Below are positions 57,203 through 64,000 of a stretch of DNA of 64,000 bases, piece after piece. The notes below the pieces were generated by a model, which saw only the letters and a list, made by a program, of their open reading frames with translations, ran no database searches and was not told where the DNA came from. Position numbers and translations under genes: made by a program. Location of the stretch: positions 256,001 to 320,000 of the forward strand of contig CAVYBH010000013.1 in the NCBI GenBank assembly GCA_963766715.1, read 5' to 3'. How positions within the stretch are numbered: the first letter of the stretch is position 1; each line of letters opens with the position of its first letter. The DNA is from an uncultured delta proteobacterium (lineage in GTDB: Bacteria > Myxococcota > Myxococcia > Myxococcales > Anaeromyxobacteraceae).

Positions 57203-57651
57203 ATGTACCCGCTCGCCATGATGGTGTCCCGTGAAGGGCTCGACTCCCCGCTCGCCCGGACGTTCGGAAAGGCCAGGTGGCTGCTCGTCTGCCAGCCGGA
57301 CGGTCGCGCCGAGTTCCGGCGGAACGACCTGCTGAGCGGCGGCTCGGTCGCATCGGCCATCGCGGCCTCGGGTTGCCGGGACGTCATCGCGGCCCACCTC
57401 GGATCGAAGGCGCACGACCACCTGCTGGCGCTCGGAATCCGGGTCTGGCGGGGGTCTCCGAGCTTTCCGTCCGCGACCTGATCGCGCTCCATGCCCGGGG
57501 AGAGCTCCCCGCCTGGCAGAGGGACGCATCGGAGAACGGCCCCTGCACCCCCGGTGGCGGCAAGCACGGGGCGAGCCAAGGGCACGACCACGGCGCCGCT
57601 TCGCGACCCGACCCGGTCGTCCGCATCGGCGGCCGGACGCGCCGAGACTAG
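57203..57651 (+). CDS. NifB/NifX-family (FeMo-cofactor-binding domain) protein, frameshifted
   Basis: [15 protein letters not shown]...[14 protein letters not shown]...GIRV; His/Gly-rich tail. Confidence 0.65.
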
Positions 57652-57692
57652 GGCCATCCGTCTCCTGTAGTCTTCCCGGCCCGGAGGCCACC

Positions 57693-58482
57693 TTGCCCAT
57701 CGAACCGACCATCGACCCGAGCGCCGAGCCATCCTGCGCCGACTGCAACGTCGTCTTCCGCAAGAAGGGCGCCACCGCCTGCTGGAGCGCCGACCCGGCC
57801 GCCGCCCCGCCCCGCCCCGGAAACTGCCCCACCTCGCACCACGGCGACCTGGTCGGGTCGGCCATGGACCAGTACGGTCCCGGCGGCCCGGACGAGCGGC
57901 TGGCCCGGGTGGCCGCGGAGGTGGAGGGGCTCTGCTACGAGCAGCAGGCGGGCGGCGCCGTTCACGCTCGGTGGACGCGCATCGAGGACACCGTCGCGCT
58001 GGCGAAGCGGATGGGGATGGAAGCGCATCGGGATCGCCACCTGCATCGGCCTGCTCGACGAGACGGCCCGCCTGGCGGAGATCCTCGAGGCCCAGGGGCT
58101 CGAGCCCATGTCGGTCTGCTGCAAGGTCGGCTCGGTGGACAAGTCGGCGCTGGGCATCGCCGAGGAGCTCAAGGTCCGCCCGGGCACCTTCGAGCCGCTG
58201 TGCAATCCCGTCGCCCAGGCCCGCGTCCTCAACCGGATGGGCACCGACATGAACGTGATCATGGGGCTCTGCGTGGGGCACGACATGCTCTTCGTGAAGC
58301 ACGCCGACGCCCCCACCACGACGCTCGTGGCCAAGGACCGGGTCACCGGCCACAACCCGGTGGCCGCACTGTACGGCAACCACTTCTATTACAAGCGGCT
58401 CGCGAAGCAGGCGATCTCGTCCCCGCGGGACCGGTCGGCGGGCGAGGGAGTGCAGCCGGAAGTCCCCGGCAAGACGGGCTGA
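57693..58482 (+). CDS. DUF1847 family protein, frameshifted at about 58020
   Basis: [48 protein letters not shown]. Confidence 0.85.
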
Positions 58483-58586
58483 TCCGGGCGAACCCCGGTT
58501 CCGTGAACCGGACGGCCGCCGCGAGGCTCACAGACGAGGGACGGCCCGCGCCGCCCTCGCCTCACCTCGCACCCGGAGAGATTGCC

Positions 58587-58973
58587 ATGAGAGTCGCCTG
58601 GTCCCGCCTGCTTCCGCTCCTCGCCGTCGCCGCGCTCGCATCCACCGCCCTGGCGGAGGCTCCGAGAGCCACCGTCGCCTCGACGAAGACGCCGGCCGCC
58701 GCGCTTCCCCGCCTCGTCTTCTTCATGAACCCGAACGGCACGCCCTGCCAGATGCAGGACAGGATCCTCCAGGAGATGGCGCCGGAGCTGAAGGGCAAGG
58801 CCGAGGTCGTCTACTACAAGACGACCATCTCGACCGACATCCCGAAGTTCCAGCAGTACGGCATCCGCTCGCTCCCCACGCTGATGCTGACCGACGCCTC
58901 CGGGAAGGAGATCCGGCGAGCCACGCCGGGCATCCAGTCGGCTCCGCAGGTGCGCCAGCTCTTCCAGAACTGA
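58587..58973 (+). CDS. Exported thioredoxin-like protein (monothiol GTPC)
   Basis: Signal peptide; VFFMNPNGTPCQMQ, YGIRSLPTL. Confidence 0.7.
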   Translation: MRVAWSRLLPLLAVAALASTALAEAPRATVASTKTPAAALPRLVFFMNPNGTPCQMQDRILQEMAPELKGKAEVVYYKTTISTDIPKFQQYGIRSLPTLMLTDASGKEIRRATPGIQSAPQVRQLFQN

Positions 58974-58977
58974 CGCC

Positions 58978-59628
58978 ATGGACGTCGGGCTCTCCTCCGT
59001 CGCGCTCACCTTCGGCGCCGGGCCTCGCCAGCGTGGCGAGCCCCTGCGTCCTGCCCGTCATCCCGCTCGTCCTCGCGGGCACGGCCGAGGACCACCGTTC
59101 GCGCCCCGCGCTGATCGTGGCCGGCATCGCGGCGAGCTTCATCGCCATGGGCATCCTGACGAGCCTCTTCGGAAGCGTCGTCGGGCCGGTGCTCCCGGCT
59201 CTCGAGAAGGTCTTCGGGGTGATGGTCATCGCCTTCGGCCTCCTGCTCCTCGCCGACGTGAACCTCTTCAAGAGGATCACCTGGGTCCACCGCATCCAGG
59301 CCGGCGGGCGGGGGCGATGGTCCGGGCTCCTCCTCGGGCTCAGCCTCGGGATCGTCTGGATCCCGTGCGTCGGCCCGATGCTGTCGAGCGTGCTCGCGCT
59401 CGTCGCTTCCAAGGGATTCGATGGCGACGGGCGTGGTCCTGCTGCTTCGTCTACTCGCTGGGCTTCGCGGTCCCGATGCTGGCGGTCGGCTACGGCTCGC
59501 AGGCGCTGCGGCAGCGCGTCCGGCTGGTGTCGTCGCACCCGGTCGCCGTCCGCTGGGCCTCCGGGCTGCTGCTCGTCGCCTTCGGCGGCGTCATCCTCAC
59601 CCAGGGAATGCTCTTCGCGGGGATGTGA
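58978..59628 (+). CDS. ccdA: CcdA/DsbD-beta family membrane protein, frameshifted
   Basis: ASPCVLPVIP and WIPCVGPML. Confidence 0.85.
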   Translation: MDVGLSSVALTFGAGPRQRGEPLRPARHPARPRGHGRGPPFAPRADRGRHRGELHRHGHPDEPLRKRRRAGAPGSREGLRGDGHRLRPPAPRRREPLQEDHLGPPHPGRRAGAMVRAPPRAQPRDRLDPVRRPDAVERARARRFQGIRWRRAWSCCFVYSLGFAVPMLAVGYGSQALRQRVRLVSSHPVAVRWASGLLLVAFGGVILTQGMLFAGM

Positions 59629-59674
59629 GGCCGGCCCCTGCGACACGCTCGATACCCTCAAACGGAGGTTCCAC

Positions 59675-60097
59675 ATGAAGAAGTCGATGCTGATGGCGCT
59701 GTTGCTTTCCGTCCCCGCACTCTCGCTCGCCCAGGGCGGCCCTCCCCCGGGCAAGGGGCCCGGGGCCTCCCGGATGTTCGACCCTTCGACCGTCGTCACC
59801 GTGAACGGGACGGTCGTGGGCGAGACGCGCGTCGACCGCGGGATGGGTCACTCCGGCGTCCACCTGCAACTGAAGACGGCGGACGGCGAGATCCCCGTTC
59901 ACCTCGGCCCCGACTTCTGGGTCGACAAGCAGACCGTCAAGTTCGCCAAGGGCGACGAGATCGCGGTGAAGGGCTCGAAGATCGCCTTCGAGGGCAAGCC
60001 GGCCATCATCGCCGAGACCGTGACCAAGGGTTCGACCACGCTCGTCCTCCGGGACGCCGGCGGCGTACCGGCCTGGTCCGGGCAAGGCAAGAAGTAG
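59675..60097 (+). CDS. Secreted OB-fold-like hypothetical protein
   Basis: GGAGG SD, signal peptide, VHLGPDFW, GDEIAVKGS. Confidence 0.65.
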   Translation: MKKSMLMALLLSVPALSLAQGGPPPGKGPGASRMFDPSTVVTVNGTVVGETRVDRGMGHSGVHLQLKTADGEIPVHLGPDFWVDKQTVKFAKGDEIAVKGSKIAFEGKPAIIAETVTKGSTTLVLRDAGGVPAWSGQGKK

Positions 60098-60136
60098 GCA
60101 ACTGGCGCCGCGAGCAGGCGGTCCCCGCCCTGGGCC

Positions 60137-60775
60137 TCAGGCCGGGCGAGGGGCCATCGCGAGGAACACGGGGAAATCCTTCGTCCCTCCGGCGACCTCC
60201 TTGCGGATCTCGAACGCGGTCGAGAAGCGGACCGGACCGAAGCCCGCTTCCCGCAGTTGCCTCTCGAGCTCGTCCCGGTGGAATCCCTTGTGCCCGGTGA
60301 ACCCCGGGCCGTGGAACGAGCCGTCCTCCGCATCGAGGTCCGCGAGGCCCAGCACGCCACCCGGCTCCAGGACGGCGTGGAAGGCCATCAGGAGGCTCGC
60401 CACGTCGGGCACGTGGTGAAGCGTCAGCAGGCTGGTCACCAGGCCGAACCGGCTGGAAGGCAGCGGGTCTCGGGTCAGATCCAGGAGCACCGCCTCGGCG
60501 GTCCCCGCGACGCCACGGGCGATCTTCTCCTCCACGACCGCGAGCATCCCTCGGGACACGTCGGCGAAGGTGACCCGTGCCGCGCGCGGGAGCAGCTCGA
60601 ACCCGAGCAACCCGGTGCCGGCCCCGTAGTCGAGCACGGCCCGCCTCCCGAGGTCCGGCACCTCGCGGGCGATGGCCTCGGCGACGCGCCGCGCCCGCTC
60701 CACCTTCGCCGGGTCCGAATCCCAGGTGGAGGCGCGGGAATCGAAGTCGCTCGTTCCGCCTGCTGCCGTCTTCAT
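60137..60775 (-). CDS. Class I SAM methyltransferase
   Basis: FDSRASTWD, LDYGAGTG, LHHVPD, EDGSFH..HKGF. Confidence 0.85.
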   Translation of the reverse strand: MKTAAGGTSDFDSRASTWDSDPAKVERARRVAEAIAREVPDLGRRAVLDYGAGTGLLGFELLPRAARVTFADVSRGMLAVVEEKIARGVAGTAEAVLLDLTRDPLPSSRFGLVTSLLTLHHVPDVASLLMAFHAVLEPGGVLGLADLDAEDGSFHGPGFTGHKGFHRDELERQLREAGFGPVRFSTAFEIRKEVAGGTKDFPVFLAMAPRPA

Positions 60776-60847
60776 GGGGGGAGGATACCGGATGCGGCCA
60801 GGGACGAGTGGCGAACCCTTTGCCCGCGTCCGACGCTCTCGTCAGTG

Positions 60848-61456
60848 ATGACCCCAGACTCCTCCCCTGCCCCGTCGTACGGCTGCCTCCACTGCACCAC
60901 CGCGGGGAGCTTCAAGGGCGACGTGTCGAAGATGCCTCGCACCTGCCCGACCCGGACCCATGCGGAGGTGGCCGGGGACGTGTCCGGATACCTCGGCGAG
61001 GAGCGGCAGGCGCTCATGAAGGCGGCCGACTCGACCCCCTTCAAGCCCGACGGGACGCTGCGGAACCGGGTGGAGGAGCTCGCCCACTACGCCCACCGGC
61101 GCGGGATGAAGCGCGTCGGCGTGGCCTTCTGCGTCAGCCTGCTCCAGGAGTCACAGCGACTGGCCCGCCTCCTCCAGGACGAAGGGCTGGAGACGGAGCT
61201 CGTCTGCTGCCGCGTGGGCGCCGTCGACTACGATGAGATCGGGCTCGCGAAGGCCCATCCGGATCGGTTCGCCGCCATCTGCAATCCGGTCGCCCAGGCG
61301 AAGCTCCTGAACGAACGGAAGGTCGACCTGGTGGCGCAGGTCGGGCTGTGCGTGGGCCACGACCTCGTGCTCCAGGAGGAGTGCGAGGCGCCGGTGACGA
61401 CGCTCGTCGTGAAGGACCGGGCGCTCGATCACCACACGGTGAACGCGCTCCGTTGA
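60848..61456 (+). CDS. DUF1847 family protein (second copy)
   Basis: CLHC, NRVEE, GVAFCVSL, VCCRVG, CNPVAQA, GLCVGHD, TTLVVKDR. Confidence 0.85.
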   Translation: MTPDSSPAPSYGCLHCTTAGSFKGDVSKMPRTCPTRTHAEVAGDVSGYLGEERQALMKAADSTPFKPDGTLRNRVEELAHYAHRRGMKRVGVAFCVSLLQESQRLARLLQDEGLETELVCCRVGAVDYDEIGLAKAHPDRFAAICNPVAQAKLLNERKVDLVAQVGLCVGHDLVLQEECEAPVTTLVVKDRALDHHTVNALR

Positions 61457-61566
61457 GGCTCGGCCGGGGCGGAAGCCGCCCTGCGACACGTTGCCACAGG
61501 GCGCGACCTTCGGGCGCTGCTCCGGTTGAAGGGAGTGCGAGCCACACCCAACCCGGAGATCGAACC

Positions 61567-61850
61567 ATGTCCCTGAAGACCCTCCTCACGCTGTCCGCCC
61601 TCTTCCTCGCCGCCCCGGCCTTCGCGCAGGACCAGACCCGGGAGCAGACCCGCGACCCCTCGACCCACGTCGACGGCGCGACGCCCACGCAGCAGCGGGA
61701 CCGGACCCGCGACCAGACCCACGAAGCCTCGCAGGATCGCTCTCGCGAGCGCAGCCGTTCCATGACGGCGGCGCCGGCAAGGGGAGCGGCGCGGGAACGG
61801 GCGGCGGGTCGGGCGGCGGCTCGGGCAGCGCGTACCGCGGCGGAAGGTAG
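61567..61850 (+). CDS. Small secreted low-complexity (QTRD-repeat, Gly-rich) protein, frameshifted
   Basis: Signal peptide ending APAFA, QDQTREQTRD repeats, Gly-rich end. Confidence 0.55.
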
Positions 61851-61875
61851 AGCCGGCCTCCCTTCCGGAGCCGCC

Positions 61876-62661
61876 ATGAACTCCCTGTGGCTCGCCATGG
61901 CGCTCCTCGCCGTCGACGGCGGCGGACCTCGATTCGAGGGGTCCGTCGCCGCCGGGGGCGGCTACGACGCGAGCCTCCTCGTCGCCCCGGGAACGGCTCC
62001 GCGGGCTCCGCGGTGGCCTCGGTCACCGCCACGGGCGGAGCGGCCCTGGACCTCTCCGACGCGGCGTCGCTCTACGTGGGCGCCGCTCGACGGAGCGACC
62101 TTCCCGACCTCCCGAGCTCGACCGGACCTCCGCGGGCGCGAGGCGAGCCTGATCGACCTCGTCGGACCTCTGGCCCTGGTGGTCGGTCCGTCGGCCACGT
62201 GGAACTGGTACGCAGACCCGGCGCGCAGCGGCGCCTCGCTCACGGGGCGCGTCTCGCTCCGCTACCGTCCGATCCGCTGGCTCACGGTGCGTCTCGGCTA
62301 CGCCCACACGCTCCGGACGGCGTCCGACCCGGTGTACGGATTCAACGTCGACCGCCTCTTCACGGAGATCGAGTTCCGGCTGGCGAGGACCACCTGGGTC
62401 TCCGCCGCGGCCTTCGGGGAGACCGGAGACGGCACCTTCTACCGGGAGATCCTTGCTGGCACGGAGGTCTCGCCGTCCGTGACGACCTTCGAGCCCTACC
62501 GCGCTCCCTCGAGCACGGTGGGCGTGGGAATCGGGCTCGAGCAGGGGCTCGGCGCGGGCTTCTCGGTGGACGTGGGCGCCACGCTTCGACGCACCACCAC
62601 GCCAGACGGGGCCCAGACGGGCCCCGCCTTCTCCGCAAGCGTGGTCTGGCGGTGGGACTGA
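61876..62661 (+). CDS. Putative outer-membrane beta-barrel protein, frameshifted
   Basis: Alternating beta-strand patterns; C-terminal SASVVWRWD. Confidence 0.5.
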   Translation: MNSLWLAMALLAVDGGGPRFEGSVAAGGGYDASLLVAPGTAPRAPRWPRSPPRAERPWTSPTRRRSTWAPLDGATFPTSRARPDLRGREASLIDLVGPLALVVGPSATWNWYADPARSGASLTGRVSLRYRPIRWLTVRLGYAHTLRTASDPVYGFNVDRLFTEIEFRLARTTWVSAAAFGETGDGTFYREILAGTEVSPSVTTFEPYRAPSSTVGVGIGLEQGLGAGFSVDVGATLRRTTTPDGAQTGPAFSASVVWRWD

Positions 62662-62668
62662 CCCGGCG

Positions 62669-62866
62669 CTACTTCGCCGGGACCTTGCAGGTGTTGAATC
62701 CGAGAACCCGGTAGAGCGGGCAGAAGCCGAAGAGCCCGGTCGCGAGCGGCACGAGGCCGACGTATCCCCAGGGGGTCTTCGGTCCCACCATCGTGATGGA
62801 CAGGAGCGCGATCCCCAGCAGGACGCGGATCACGCGATCGGCAGTTCCTTCGTTCGTCATGGTCAC
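62669..62866 (-). CDS. DUF2892 membrane protein
   Basis: NEGTADRVIRVLLG...GFCPLYRVLGFNTC. Confidence 0.88.
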   Translation of the reverse strand: MTMTNEGTADRVIRVLLGIALLSITMVGPKTPWGYVGLVPLATGLFGFCPLYRVLGFNTCKVPAK

Positions 62867-62912
62867 TTCCTCCTGGCTGCTTGGAGTGCGGGCGCAGGGA
62901 AAGGATTCGGGA

Positions 62913-64000
62913 CTACCCGCATCCGCCCTTCACCGCGGCCTTCGACTTCAGCTTGACCCGCTTCGTGTAGGCGTAGGCGGGCCAGGAAGGGGCGCCGTGC
63001 CGATCTCCCGGGTGGGCAGAAGGCGCTGCCGTCGCACACGGGGACCGGAACGATCGGGACGCCTCCAGCTCCGGCCAGGCGGCGGGCTGGGTGCTCCCGG
63101 TGGCGTAGAGGAAACGCCAGGCCTGTCCGTCCTTGCCGTCGGCCGTACCGACCCGCTCGGCGACGCAGGCGTCGACCGGGTATCGCTCCAGCCAGCGATT
63201 CATTCCTCCCTCGATCACGTAGAGGTTGGGGACGCCCTGCGCGATCAGGTGCTTCCAGGCCGTCAAGGCGGCCGCCTCTCCGTTGCCCACCAGGAAGGTG
63301 ACCGTGGTCGGCGGCTGGTCGAGGAGCGCCTTCAGCCCGCCGGGCGATTCCAGGCTGGCCAGCGTGACCCGGCGCGAGCCGCCGATGTGGAAGAGGTTGA
63401 AGGAGGTCTCGTCGCGCAGGTCCAGGATCGTCACCTGGATCCCGATGTCCTTCCGGAGTGCGGCGACCTCGGCCGGGTCGACGAAGATGGCGCGCTCCTC
63501 CAGGGAGCGATTCACTTCCGGCCCCATGCGGGCGAGCTTGCTCTCGGGCGTGGGCTGGCCGTGCACGACGAGCACGAGGCCCGCCGCGACCATGGCGCCC
63601 GCGAAGGCGAGGGTGCCGCGACCGGGCACGCGCCTCACCTCGTCCCAGGGCTTCTTCTCCCCGAAGTACTGCTGGGCGAGGTCGCCGGCCCAGAAGAGCG
63701 TCAGGGCCATGACCACGACGAGAAGCACGGTCACGCCCACCGGGAGGCCGAACAGCTCCGGCAGGGTGAACCGTCCCATGTAGGAGGAGAGCCAGAAGCC
63801 CTGGAAGGACCCCACGGTCTCGCCGAAGAGCCAGACCCCGATCAGGGCGCCGAGCAGGAAGACCATCCCGTCGATCTTCAGGGTCGACGCGGCCACGAGC
63901 GACGTCCCCGGGCAGAACCCGCCGATGACGAAGCCCACGCCCATGATGAGCCCGCCCACGATTCCCGGCCACAGGTAGGTCGGGTTCACGAAGACGCGGC
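62913..64000 (-). CDS. YeeE/YedE sulfur-transport domain fused to a rhodanese-like domain (5' part outside the window)
   Basis: GGLIMGVGFVIGGFCPGTS, ILDLRDETSFNLFHIGGS, LYVIEGGM; C-terminal GGCG. Confidence 0.8.
   Translation of the reverse strand, partial: RVFVNPTYLWPGIVGGLIMGVGFVIGGFCPGTSLVAASTLKIDGMVFLLGALIGVWLFGETVGSFQGFWLSSYMGRFTLPELFGLPVGVTVLLVVVMALTLFWAGDLAQQYFGEKKPWDEVRRVPGRGTLAFAGAMVAAGLVLVVHGQPTPESKLARMGPEVNRSLEERAIFVDPAEVAALRKDIGIQVTILDLRDETSFNLFHIGGSRRVTLASLESPGGLKALLDQPPTTVTFLVGNGEAAALTAWKHLIAQGVPNLYVIEGGMNRWLERYPVDACVAERVGTADGKDGQAWRFLYATGSTQPAAWPELEASRSFRSPCATAAPSAHPGDRHGAPSWPAYAYTKRVKLKSKAAVKGGCG

Noticed and set aside
61620..61760. Short GACCAGACCC-like repeats as a CRISPR array
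   Set aside because: Irregular, in-frame coding repeats (QTRD) with no spacers and no cas genes.

Overview
Very GC-rich bacterial DNA whose gene content resembles Myxococcota/Anaeromyxobacter (inferred from gene families only). Many genes carry apparent 1-nt indels, probably long-read assembly errors, so most long ORFs in the supplied track are shadows or chimeras and many coordinates below span joined frames. The first ~47 kb is mostly housekeeping: MFS and MATE transporters, archease-rtcB, YyaL, GDPD, two tatA, a PhaR-like regulator, ParA, tandem ArsA/Get3-like ATPases, metY-moeZ-cysK, deoB/deoC, ttcA, heme A/O synthases, tRNA-Ala(CGC), hemerythrin, MMPL, nikR, MscS, RecQ, GT2, an M28 peptidase, a TPR membrane protein and a multiheme cytochrome. 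From 47.7 kb to the end is a thiol/sulfur redox island. The main find is two paralogous Cys-rich micro-ORFs absent from the ORF track (47752-47853 and 55319-55417; motif CC-x7-CC-x9-CHD; identical C-terminal 16 aa). The first heads a tightly coupled operon: Trx, atypical TrxR, Trx, DUF6125-like, ArsM-like methyltransferase, radical SAM/SPASM enzyme with a probable RRE, and DUF5714-like. This is a candidate RiPP or metal(loid)-peptide system, possibly linked to arsenic. No CRISPR array, rRNA, integrase or transposase was seen.
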